Below the pieces are notes generated by a model. That model was given only the letters and a program-made list of their open reading frames with translations. It did not search any database and had not been told where the DNA came from. A DNA stretch of 64,000 nt from Longimicrobiales bacterium (GTDB lineage Bacteria > Gemmatimonadota > Gemmatimonadetes > Longimicrobiales > Gaopeijiaceae). Both the position numbers and the translations under genes were made by a program. How positions within the stretch are numbered: the stretch's first letter is position 1; each line of letters begins with the position of its first letter. The stretch covers positions 1,140,409-1,204,408 of the forward strand of contig OZ251497.1 in NCBI GenBank assembly GCA_965242735.1, written 5' to 3'. This document shows positions 1 through 8,664 of the stretch, in pieces.

Positions 1-531
1 GTGCCGGAAGGCGGCATCGACAATCCGACGGGCCACATGCGCTATCCGGGCACGATCAGCCTGCGCGAAGAGACCTACCGGGCCGTGCTGGAGGACGTGG
101 CCGGCAGCCTGCGCGCGCACGGCTTCACGAACATCGTGCTCATCGGCGACAGCGGGGGCAACCAAGCCGGAATGGCGGCCGTGGCCGAGACGCTCAACGC
201 CCGCTGGGGCGGGACCGCGCGCGCCCACTACGTGCCCGAGTTCTACCGCTACCGGGAGGTGCACGAGTGGATGAACGCCGAGCTCGGCATCCACGAGACC
301 ATGAACGAGGGCATTCACGACGACTTCGTCATCACGGCGATCATGATGACCGAGAATCCCGAGACGGTGCGCCACGCCCAGCGCGTGAAGGCGGGCAAGG
401 CGTCGATCAACGGCGTCAGCATCGCCGACGAGGCGGCGACCGTCGAGACGGGCAGGAAGCTGCTTCAGTACCGCGTGGACCGCACGGTGGAGGCGATCCG
501 CAAACGACTCTCCGAGGAGGAAGAAAGATGA
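1..531 (+). CDS. creatininase-family amidohydrolase, C-terminal part (5' end outside window)
   Basis: The ORF is open from the window edge. The translated sequence (..NIVLIGDSGGNQ..IHDDFVITAIMM..) resembles the creatinine amidohydrolase family. Stop TGA 529-531 overlaps the next ATG (ATGA). Confidence 0.6.
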   Translation: MPEGGIDNPTGHMRYPGTISLREETYRAVLEDVAGSLRAHGFTNIVLIGDSGGNQAGMAAVAETLNARWGGTARAHYVPEFYRYREVHEWMNAELGIHETMNEGIHDDFVITAIMMTENPETVRHAQRVKAGKASINGVSIADEAATVETGRKLLQYRVDRTVEAIRKRLSEEEER

Positions 532-1172
532 GGAAGGAAAGGGAAATGCCGAAGCGGCGCGGGCCGAGCGTGCTGGCGGCCTTGCTGGTCGCGGCGCTGG
601 TTGTCGCAGGGGCCGCGATGGGCGCGCCCCGGAGCGCGGCGGCGCAGGAGGCGGGACCTGGACTGATCGAAGTCGGCGCCGAGGCGCCGGACATCGCGTT
701 GACGGGGGCCACCCGGCACGGCGTGCTGCGCGACAGGGTCCGGCTGAGCGACTACCGGGGCGAGACGGTCGTGCTCGCGTTCTTCTTCCGAGTCCGAACA
801 CGCGGCTGAACGGTTCAAATGAGAGCGTACCGGGATCAGTACGCACAACTGTTCAACGACGGAAGAAACGTGGTCGTGCTGGGCATCTCCAACGACTCGC
901 CCGAAGAACTGGCCTCCTGGCTCAAGGACGAGGACTTCCCGTTCGTGTTCGGCAGCGACGCCGAGAACGACGGCGCTTCCTACGCGGCCTTCGGCGGCGG
1001 CCTGCGGGACAACAACATGGTCGACAGCCGGGCCGTGATCGTGGTCGGACCCGACGGACGGGTCGCCAAGGTGATTCCCCGCTTCAACCAAGTGGACCCG
1101 GCCGCCTACGAAGAGCTGGCCGAGGCCGTGGACGCCGTGACGCCCGAACCCGAAGAGGGCGGCGCGCCTTGA
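528..1172 (+). CDS. exported peroxiredoxin (AhpC/TSA, BCP-like) with in-frame TGA 807-809 at the peroxidatic Cys position; probable selenoprotein (alternative: nonsense pseudogene)
   Basis: Same-frame ORFs 528-806 and 810-1172 are separated only by TGA. The joined product has a signal peptide (..LAALLVAALVVAGAAMG..) and a complete Prx fold. The TGA falls in ..VVLAFFFRVRTRG[TGA]TVQMRAYRDQY.., i.e. the T-x-G-C-T motif column. A hairpin follows 16 nt downstream. Confidence 0.6.
825..844 (+). promoter_or_regulatory. SECIS-like hairpin (6-bp perfect stem GCGTAC/GTACGC, 8-nt loop CGGGATCA)
   Basis: Read directly from the sequence. It begins 16 nt 3' of the in-frame TGA, the spacing expected for bacterial SECIS elements. 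Confidence 0.45.
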
Positions 1173-1182
1173 GGGCGGGGTC

Positions 1183-1719
1183 CTAGCTCCCGGCCAGCAG
1201 CGCTTCGACCGCGCCCAGGAGGTCTTGCTCCGGGCCGACCCCGGTGAAGGCGACCGCCCCGTCCGAGTCGAGCAGGACGACGACGGACGTGGAAAGGGCG
1301 CTGTAGGCCCGGACGGCTTCGCCGGCGGCGTCGTAGACGAAGGGGAAGGCCGGCTCGTGCGCGTCCACGTGGCGTCGCACCCGCCTCCTCGACTGTCCCA
1401 CGGCCACCGCCACCGCCACGACGGCCAGGCGGTCGGAGAACCGCTCGTGAATCTCGTCCATCTGGGGCTCCAGCGCTTCGCAGTTCTCGCACCAGGACGC
1501 CCAGAACTCCAGCAGCGCCGCCCGCTCGCCGATCACAGCGGAAAGGGACAGGGCATTGCCGTCGAGGTCCTCGACCTGCGCGTCCGGGGGCGCCGAGCCC
1601 AGCGGCGGGCCCACGCCCGCGCTGTCCTGCGCGGCCAGCGGCGCGGTCCGGGCCGGAGAGAGCGCGGCCGCCGTGCAGACGGCCAGGAACGCGAGAACGA
1701 CTTGGCGGCGCGAACTCAT
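1183..1719 (-). CDS. TlpA/ResA-like periplasmic thiol:disulfide oxidoreductase (thioredoxin fold, WCENC)
   Basis: 178-aa ORF with a signal peptide and the motif ..LLEFWASWCENCEAL.. typical of the TlpA family. It lies downstream of ccdA on the same strand. Confidence 0.85.
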   Translation of the reverse strand: MSSRRQVVLAFLAVCTAAALSPARTAPLAAQDSAGVGPPLGSAPPDAQVEDLDGNALSLSAVIGERAALLEFWASWCENCEALEPQMDEIHERFSDRLAVVAVAVAVGQSRRRVRRHVDAHEPAFPFVYDAAGEAVRAYSALSTSVVVLLDSDGAVAFTGVGPEQDLLGAVEALLAGS

Positions 1720-1834
1720 CGGCGTGCTACAGGCTCGAGCTCATGGGCGCGCTACGGGCGTGAGTCATGGCGCGCTACGGGCGAGTCATCGGCGTGCTAC
1801 AGGCTCGAGTTCATGAGCGCGCTACGGGCGTGAG
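1716..1834. repeat. about 24-bp tandem repeat x5 that starts on the tlpA-like start codon
   Basis: Units are TCATCGGCGTGCTACAGGCTCGAG / CTCATGGGCGCGCTACGGGCGTGAG / TCATGGCGCGCTACGGGCGAG / TCATCGGCGTGCTACAGGCTCGAG / TTCATGAGCGCGCTACGGGCGTGAG. On the minus strand each unit carries an ATGA. Confidence 0.85.
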
Positions 1835-2107
1835 CCCGGTGGGGTTGCCGGACCACGGACCTTCGCTTCCCACGGCGAGGAGCCATGCACCCAACACGAC
1901 TCGGCGCGGACAGACCTTCGCATGGCGGCACGACGCAACATGATCGACGAACATAACCGTCACGCCGCCGGAAACGCGCGAGCGGCGTCCAAGAAGCGCG
2001 AGCGGCGTCCAGCGAGGCACGGCCAGCATCAGCTCGCGGGAGTGACCGCCTTCGGTCGGTCGTGCCGAGGCCGCATGGCCGGACGGTGCGGCGGCAGGTC
2101 CGGCCCC

Positions 2108-2830
2108 TCACAGGCTGAAGCCGGCCTTGACGAAGTAGTACTCGGCGACGCCCAGCATGACGACGCCGGCGGCGCGCTTGGCGACGGTCGTCCACCGGCC
2201 GGACTTGGGGAGCCGGGCGAGGGCGCCGGACGAGAGGCCCACGGCCGCCAGGAGCGCGGTCATTCCCAGCGAGAACGCGAAGAGGTAGGCGAAGCCGAGG
2301 AAGCCGGCTTGCGTGGCGGCGACCCAGGCCAGGACGGTGGCGAACGCGGGGGCGCCGCACGGGGCGGCCACGACGCCGGAGGTGGCGCCCAGGACGAAGA
2401 CGGCGCCGTACGAGCCGCCTTCGCGGCCGCCCGCCCAGCGCAGGAGGCGTTGCGGCACGCGGACGGGGACGACGTCGAGCATGGCCAAGGCGAAGAGGAC
2501 CAGCAGGTTGCCGATGGCCAGAAGAGCCCACGGGCTGGCGCTCACGGCGCCGAAGAGCGAGCCGGTCAGGCCGGCGACTAGGCCGAGGACGGCGTAGAGG
2601 AGGGCGAGGCCGACGACGTAGGCCGCGGTCAGGCCGACGGTGCGGCGCCACGGCTGTGCTTCCTTGGCGGTCCCCGAAATCACGGACGCCGTGATGGGGA
2701 TCATGGGGTAGACGCAGGGGGTGAAGCTGGTCAGCACGCCGAAGCCGAACAGGACGGCGAGGGCCAGCAGGGGACTCGCGGCCAGCGTGTCGGAGAGACC
2801 GGCGGCCTCGGCTTGGAAGGCGGTGGTCAC
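2108..2830 (-). CDS. ccdA: cytochrome c biogenesis / thiol-disulfide electron transporter CcdA (DsbD transmembrane domain family)
   Basis: 240-aa polytopic membrane ORF with the conserved ..SFTPCVYPMIP.. and ..APCGAPAF.. Cys motifs. Confidence 0.85.
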   Translation of the reverse strand: MTTAFQAEAAGLSDTLAASPLLALAVLFGFGVLTSFTPCVYPMIPITASVISGTAKEAQPWRRTVGLTAAYVVGLALLYAVLGLVAGLTGSLFGAVSASPWALLAIGNLLVLFALAMLDVVPVRVPQRLLRWAGGREGGSYGAVFVLGATSGVVAAPCGAPAFATVLAWVAATQAGFLGFAYLFAFSLGMTALLAAVGLSSGALARLPKSGRWTTVAKRAAGVVMLGVAEYYFVKAGFSL

Positions 2831-2839
2831 GGGCGAGGC

Positions 2840-4531
2840 TCAACCGCGGGGGAATCGCAGCGACGGGTTGGCCAAGGCCTCCCGGGCTGTCTGCCTTACC
2901 CAGCCGACAAGGACCGGCTCCGCGATTCCCCGGGCGCGCACCGCGCCCTCGCTGCGCGCCAACTCCTCGACGAAAGCGCCGACGACCGGATCGTCGAGCA
3001 AGACGCCGATCGCAATCGCCGACCGCAGCACCTGGACCTTCGCGCGCTCGGAAGACGACTCCGCCAAGAACGGCCGCTCCAGAGCCCGAATCGTGCAATC
3101 GATGATCGTCGCGCGTACGTCGTCGTTGATCGCCGACGCATCCAGGTCGGCGACGAAGTGGGCCAGCGTCTCGAGCGCGACGCCGTACTGCGCGTCGCCG
3201 ATCTCCGACGGCGCCAGCGTCAGCGTGCGCAGCACGCCGCGAAGGGCCGGTTCGCCCAGCTCCAGCAACGCGTCGATTGACTCCATCCGCCACGAGCCGG
3301 GGAGCATGAATTCCGGTTCGGGGCCGTCCCACGCCGGGTCGTACCGCTGGGCGATCCCATAGACCTCGTCCGCGTTGCTCCGTGGGAAGAGCGCCAGCGC
3401 CCGCACCGCCACCGTGTCGCCCGCCCAGGCGATGAAGGCCACGTCCGTCAGCAATTCCGCCAGCTGGTACTCGTCGTCCAAGACCCTCTCCTCCGGCGCG
3501 CGCCGGGCCTCGCGCACGACTGCGTCGACCAACGCCTCGCGCAAGGCAGAGCTCCCCGCCGCTGCGCGGCTCCGGTCGAACTCGGGCAATCCAGGAGCAA
3601 TGCGGCGATAGGCCTCGAGCGCCTCCATCACGCGCCAGCCGTCCTCGCTCCGGAAGTCCTGTTCCGGGGCCGTGTCGCCGGGCCGCCATGGACGAGCGCC
3701 GGCCAAGCCTCCGCCGGCGCTTTGACGCACCCTCGCGATCCACCTTGGGTTCGTGATGCCGCGGGCGCGGACAGCGTCGGCGCTGGCCGCCAGCTCCGCG
3801 ATCGTCGCCCGGACTCCCTCGTCGTCGAGCAGCATCCCCAGCTGCACTGCGGAGACCAGCGTGGCGACCGGGGTCATCGGCGCCGACGGAGATCTGTCCG
3901 CGGGGAACGGCCTCTCCAACGCCGAGACCACGTGACCTCGCACCGCCGCCCGGGTCTCACGGTCCAAGGCTTCCGGCCCGCGTTCGGCGACGAAGTACGC
4001 CAGCGCCCGGAGCGCAGGGCCCCGCGCCTCTTCGCGAAGCTCTTCCGACGCCAGCGCAGCCACGACCCCCAGCAAGGCCGGCTTGCCGAGCCCAAGCAGA
4101 GCCTCGTACACGCCCCGCCCGCCCAGCGGAAACAGCCTGCCGGTCCTCGGGAAGCGCACAAGGGCGGGAATTGCGATCGTGTCGCCTGCCCGGGCGATTT
4201 CCTCGACCGCCGCCACAAGCTCTTCCCGGCCCCACCACCCTAGCTGTCTCTCTCGCGGGGCCCGTTGCATCTCTTGAATCACGGCCTCCGCCAGCGCCCG
4301 GCGGAGGTCCGGGCTCCGTTGCTCCAAGGGAATGAGGAGGTACGCATCCAGAGCCGCACGGGTCCTGCGGTGGTCGCCGCTCCGAAAATCCTTCGCCAGA
4401 GCCGCTTGCGACGCCTCTTCCTGCGCCGCCGCCCCCGCGCTCGCCGCCAGCAGGACCGCGCAGACGATCCAGGCCCGCCCTCGGGCCGGACGCCGTCGCC
4501 CCGCCGTCGCTCCGCCGCGGAAGAGGAACAT
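2840..4531 (-). CDS. secreted helical-repeat protein of unknown function (two about 250-aa duplicated modules)
   Basis: 563-aa ORF with a signal peptide (..AVLLAASAGAAAQ). There is an internal duplication, with motifs GDT(I/V)A(I/V)..L..FP, LLDD and AVRARGI recurring. No family recognised. Confidence 0.7.
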   Translation of the reverse strand: MFLFRGGATAGRRRPARGRAWIVCAVLLAASAGAAAQEEASQAALAKDFRSGDHRRTRAALDAYLLIPLEQRSPDLRRALAEAVIQEMQRAPRERQLGWWGREELVAAVEEIARAGDTIAIPALVRFPRTGRLFPLGGRGVYEALLGLGKPALLGVVAALASEELREEARGPALRALAYFVAERGPEALDRETRAAVRGHVVSALERPFPADRSPSAPMTPVATLVSAVQLGMLLDDEGVRATIAELAASADAVRARGITNPRWIARVRQSAGGGLAGARPWRPGDTAPEQDFRSEDGWRVMEALEAYRRIAPGLPEFDRSRAAAGSSALREALVDAVVREARRAPEERVLDDEYQLAELLTDVAFIAWAGDTVAVRALALFPRSNADEVYGIAQRYDPAWDGPEPEFMLPGSWRMESIDALLELGEPALRGVLRTLTLAPSEIGDAQYGVALETLAHFVADLDASAINDDVRATIIDCTIRALERPFLAESSSERAKVQVLRSAIAIGVLLDDPVVGAFVEELARSEGAVRARGIAEPVLVGWVRQTAREALANPSLRFPRG

Positions 4532-4543
4532 GGACGGCGGGCC

Positions 4544-6097
4544 CTACTCGCGAGCCCGCGGCCAGGGCGGACGCGGATCTTCGAGCTGTTCCTGCGCCTC
4601 GCTCCGAATCCAGGCGATCCACCGCGGATTGGTCACGCCCCGGAGGCGCACGGCGGCGTCCGTGGACGCAAGCGCCTCGATCGAAGTCCGTGCCTCCGGG
4701 TCGCCCAGCAACAGCCCCAGCCGGATTGCGGAGACCATCGCCCACACCGGCGTGAACTCCAGCGACCAGCCCGGCCCGTGCGGGTTGAGCGTGCGGACTG
4801 CGTGGTCGACCATTTCTCGGTACGACTCGCCGTCGAACGTGTCGGCGCCGAGATGGTCGACCAAGTACGCGAGCGCGTCGAGGGCGCGACGGTAGACGTC
4901 TTCGCGGGCGTCGGGCGACGAGAGCGCCCCGAACGCCCAGCGGAGCGTCGGCTCCGCCATTTCCAGCAGAGCCTCGTACGCGTCCCAGCCTCCGGTGGAC
5001 CGCACCAGCGCAGGAATCGCCACGGGGTCGCCCGCGCGACCGATCTCCAAGACCTCGTCCTCCAGCACAATCGACTGGAAGCCGCGCAGGGCCTTCGCCT
5101 TCGGGGGACGGTCCATCTCGGCGAGAACGGCGTCCACCAACGCTCGGCGCAGAGCTGGCGAGCGCATCTCCACGGGAATCCGGCGAAGCGTCGTGCCCGC
5201 GTCGACCATGCGCTCCCTGTCGCCGCTCGCCAAGTCCCGTTCCAAGTCCGCGTGGGGCCGCGGGTCGGCCAGCCCCTCGCGGGCAACCCGGCGGACCTCG
5301 TCGACCCTGCTGTCCCCGACGCGGGCGCGGACATCGTCGGCGGCCAGCTCCTCGATGCCGATGCGGGCGCGGACGGCGTCGGCGTCGGCGGCCAGCTCCT
5401 CGATCGCGGCTCGCGCTTCCGGGTCGTCGAGCAGCACGCCCGCCTTCACGGCCGAAACGAGCGCTTGGCCGCCGTCCCATGGATCGCCGCCGCCGGGTGG
5501 GAAGAGCGCGAGCGGGTCCGCCAACGTCCGAACCACGCGGTCGCGCAACGCCGAATAGGTCTCTTCGCTGAAGTCGCCGACCGGCCAGCAGGCGGCGAAG
5601 TAGGCCAGGGCTTCCAGGGCATACAGAGTTGTCCGGCTGTCCAGCTCGTTGGACGCCAGCGCGTCCAGCACCTCGCGAAGCGCCGGTTCTCCCAAGATCA
5701 GCAATGTCTGGTAGGCTCTTTGCAGACCAGGCCAGGTATCGCGGGTGTGCGGGAAGAGCGCCAGCGCCGGGGCGACGACTGCGTCGCCCTCGCGTCCGAT
5801 TTCGGCGGCCGCGAGGACCAACCTCTCGATATCGCGTTCGCCGCGCCCGCCGCTGGCGGCTCCGCCCTTCATTGCATGGACGAGCGCGTCCGCCACGGCC
5901 TTGCGCAGGTCGCGGCCCTGCTCCGCGACCGGAATGCCCAGGACCGCTGCCGCGGCGTCGGACACGCGTTCGCCGTGCCCGCTCTGGAGCGCCCGCACCA
6001 AGTGCGCCTGCAGTTCGTCGTCCTGGGCCTGCGCGCCCGCCGCCATGGCCAGCCAGCCTGCGAAAGCGCAAGCCCGCCAGCTCGGTCGGCAGTTCAA
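4544..6097 (-). CDS. paralog of 2840-4531 (secreted helical-repeat protein, unknown function)
   Basis: It has the same two-module layout and motifs (GDAVVAPALALFP, GDPVAIPALV, LLDDPEA, AVRLRGVTNPRWIA). The start is uncertain: TTG 6097 gives the signal peptide ..CAFAGWLAMAAGAQAQ, and ATG 6046 is the alternative. The rest of ORF 4544-7312 is an Arg-rich artefact. Confidence 0.65.
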   Translation of the reverse strand: MNCRPSWRACAFAGWLAMAAGAQAQDDELQAHLVRALQSGHGERVSDAAAAVLGIPVAEQGRDLRKAVADALVHAMKGGAASGGRGERDIERLVLAAAEIGREGDAVVAPALALFPHTRDTWPGLQRAYQTLLILGEPALREVLDALASNELDSRTTLYALEALAYFAACWPVGDFSEETYSALRDRVVRTLADPLALFPPGGGDPWDGGQALVSAVKAGVLLDDPEARAAIEELAADADAVRARIGIEELAADDVRARVGDSRVDEVRRVAREGLADPRPHADLERDLASGDRERMVDAGTTLRRIPVEMRSPALRRALVDAVLAEMDRPPKAKALRGFQSIVLEDEVLEIGRAGDPVAIPALVRSTGGWDAYEALLEMAEPTLRWAFGALSSPDAREDVYRRALDALAYLVDHLGADTFDGESYREMVDHAVRTLNPHGPGWSLEFTPVWAMVSAIRLGLLLGDPEARTSIEALASTDAAVRLRGVTNPRWIAWIRSEAQEQLEDPRPPWPRARE

Positions 6098-6240
6098 ACC
6101 GCGTCTCCGCTGCCGCCCGTCTTGCGGCCTCCCCGGCTTACATGTGCCTTCGTGGCGCGTCTCGCCCGTCCCGCTCTTCGAGGAGCGCGGCGGCGTCGGC
6201 GCGGACGCATGGCGGACTACCGGAGCGTGGCCAAACCGAG

Positions 6241-7473
6241 CTACTTGCCGCCGCGCGGCTTGGCTTTGCGGCCGGTGCTGCCGCCGCGGGCTGGAGGCGA
6301 CTGGCTCGTGCGGCCCCCTGCGCCCCCGACGGTCGAACCGGTCGTGCCTGGACGGGGACGGTAGGACGGCGCGTCGGAGCCGGGGTCGCGGGCGCCGCGG
6401 CGGTAGCCCTCGCCGGCCACGACGCGGCCGCGCTCGCTGCGCGGACGGACGTCGACCTGGACGGGCACGTAGCCGTAGCCTCCGCTCCACCGGCCGCCGT
6501 AGTAGTAGGCGCCGGGGCCGTAGCCGTAGCGGGAGCCCCAGAAGGGCGAATAGCCGTAGTATCCGCTGTAGCCCCAATAGAACGGATCGTATCCGAAGTG
6601 ACCGAACCGTCCGCTGGCATGGGCGCTCCGTTCCCACGCGGCGCCGTCCGGCGCGTCGGCGGGCGCCCCGTCGTTCAGGGAGAAGTGTTCCGGGAAGGAG
6701 ACGGCGACCACGACGTCGATCACGTCGTCCTCGACGCCTTCGGCCTCCAGGCGCAGCAGGTCGCCGGCGTCCAGGCCGCGGAACTCCTGGCCGACTTCGG
6801 CCACCCAGGCCGCGACGGCCTTGGCGTGCACGTTGCGGCTCGCGTCCACGACGTCGGCGACTGCGATCGAGTTCCGGGTGCGCGCGTTGGGCGCCCCGGC
6901 GCCGAAGATGGGAGTTCTGGGCGCGCGAGCGCCGCCCGCCTCCTCCAGCACGCGGTCGTCGGCGCGGCGGTACCAACGCGACCATGCCATGGTCGTGCCG
7001 TTGACTTCCGTCGCTCGCACGTCGAGCCAGCGCCCCCGCTCGGGGCTGGAGATGATGCCCGTGGTGCGCCGCCCGGCCTCGCCGTCGCACGCCATGTCCG
7101 ACACCGTGTAGATCCGCTTCTGGTCGTCCGAGAACCAAGCCGCTTCGTCGCCGCGGCAGTCCTCTTGCTCCACGGCGTGGGGCTGTCCGTCCGTCCGGAA
7201 GGGCTCGCGATAGGCGATCTCGCCGTCCAGGACGGTGATCATCTCCATGCCCTCGCGGCCTTCGACGAAGCACAGGACCCCGTCCGTCGCCGCGTCCTGG
7301 GGCTCCCAGCATCCCAAGTAGGGCGCCCAGCCCTGGCTATTGCCGAGCGGCTGCGCGTGCGCGGCCTCCGCGCTTCCCACCGCCAGCGCCGCCGACCCTG
7401 CCAGCGCCGCCCATCCTGCCAGCGCGGCCAGCGCCGCCAGTCCTCGCATCCGGGTCCGTCGATTGCCGTTCAT
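6241..7473 (-). CDS. secreted protein of unknown function with Gly/Tyr/aromatic-rich C-terminal region and basic tail
   Basis: The start ATG 7473 is preceded by AAAGGA. The signal peptide is ..GLAALAALAGWAALAGSAALAVGSAEA. There are four Cys in the N-domain. The C-terminus reads ..FGYDPFYWGYSGYYGYSPFWGSRYGYGPGAYYYGGRWSGGYGY.. No family recognised. Confidence 0.6.
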   Translation of the reverse strand: MNGNRRTRMRGLAALAALAGWAALAGSAALAVGSAEAAHAQPLGNSQGWAPYLGCWEPQDAATDGVLCFVEGREGMEMITVLDGEIAYREPFRTDGQPHAVEQEDCRGDEAAWFSDDQKRIYTVSDMACDGEAGRRTTGIISSPERGRWLDVRATEVNGTTMAWSRWYRRADDRVLEEAGGARAPRTPIFGAGAPNARTRNSIAVADVVDASRNVHAKAVAAWVAEVGQEFRGLDAGDLLRLEAEGVEDDVIDVVVAVSFPEHFSLNDGAPADAPDGAAWERSAHASGRFGHFGYDPFYWGYSGYYGYSPFWGSRYGYGPGAYYYGGRWSGGYGYVPVQVDVRPRSERGRVVAGEGYRRGARDPGSDAPSYRPRPGTTGSTVGGAGGRTSQSPPARGGSTGRKAKPRGGK

Positions 7474-7523
7474 TGACTCGGTCCTTTCGTTGTCGAATTG
7501 CATGTTTGATCTCCCCTTCAAAG

Positions 7524-8387
7524 CTAGAACCGCACCGCGATGCCGGCGCTGGCCTGGAAGCCCGCCAAGTCCAGGTCCGCGAACCCCGTGAAGTCCGGCT
7601 CCACCGATCCGCTCGCGAAGGCGTACCGGGACTCGGCGGTCAGCATGACGTTGCGATGGATGCCCACTTCGACGCCGGCGCGCACATGGACCGTGGGCGC
7701 CGTGCCGCTCGCGCGAAAGTCGTCGCGGAAGATGTCGAGGTCCTCGGCGTCCACGAACTCGCCGTACTGCTGGAACCGGTACCGGACGACCCCGCCGGAC
7801 ACGCCCGCGTAGGCGTTCCACCGCCGCGGGATGTAGGCGAACCGGCCGACGCCTCTGCCCCGGGGCCAGAGAAACGCCTTGACGCCGACGGTCAAGGGAT
7901 GGATGGCGAACTCGGTCGTCTGGGCGATCGGAAGATCGTCCTCTCCCACGTAGTTCCGGAACTCCGAGATCGCCGTGGTCACGGACCGGCCCGCCATGAA
8001 CGTCGCGTCGAAGCGCTCGGTGACGCGAATGCCCAGGTCGGCTTCCAGCAGCAGGCCGCCGAAGTCGCCCGTCTCGACCGTCAGTCGCTCCCGCGTGAAG
8101 TCCCACAGGCTCTCCTGCAAGCCGTCGGCGCCGCCCGCGCGGGGCAAGTTCCAGCCGACCCGCACGGCCAAGCTCACCTTGGGGGTGCGCAACAGGAAGT
8201 CCTGCGCGTCCTGGGCCGCGGCCTGCGAGGCCGGCACGACGGCTCCGGCCAAGCCGCACGCCGCCGCCAGCAAGGCCGCCGAACCGAACCGCACGCCGCC
8301 AGCCGTCGTGCGCCGCCGAACCGAATCGCGCACTGCCGCAACAAGGCCGCTCCTGCATGCCGGCCCGTCATTCCGATGATGGTACAT
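7524..8387 (-). CDS. outer-membrane beta-barrel protein (unassigned family)
   Basis: 288 aa from ATG 8387 with the signal peptide ..AALLAAACGLAGAVVPASQAAAQ. It shows an alternating beta-strand pattern and ends ..SAGIAVRF (terminal Phe). Confidence 0.6.
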   Translation of the reverse strand: MYHHRNDGPACRSGLVAAVRDSVRRRTTAGGVRFGSAALLAAACGLAGAVVPASQAAAQDAQDFLLRTPKVSLAVRVGWNLPRAGGADGLQESLWDFTRERLTVETGDFGGLLLEADLGIRVTERFDATFMAGRSVTTAISEFRNYVGEDDLPIAQTTEFAIHPLTVGVKAFLWPRGRGVGRFAYIPRRWNAYAGVSGGVVRYRFQQYGEFVDAEDLDIFRDDFRASGTAPTVHVRAGVEVGIHRNVMLTAESRYAFASGSVEPDFTGFADLDLAGFQASAGIAVRF

Positions 8388-8664
8388 GGCTGATGCCCTC
8401 CGATTTCGTGTTCCCGCTTGCTTGCCCGGCCTGCCCGCGCGTCGGGCTTGGCCGGACCAAGCGCAACCAGCCCCCCTTCGCAGCAAGACTCGTGCCACGC
8501 CAAGACGCCTTGTCCCGGCTAGGCTCTTTCGGCCGAACTGTCCCTCCAGCGCTACAGCGACTGTCCCGCTGGAGAGACGCTCCGACGGCTTGGCCCGTCC
8601 AAGCGCGACATCGCGCGCGCGCCGCATCTGCCTCCATCCCGCTGGAGGGACGCGCTCCGGCGGC

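Noticed and set aside
807-809. Simple pseudogene interpretation of the peroxiredoxin TGA
   Set aside because: Not fully rejected. It is ranked second because this is the only lesion in an otherwise intact gene, it hits exactly the redox-active Cys codon, and a correctly spaced hairpin follows. Finding the Sec machinery elsewhere in the genome would settle it.
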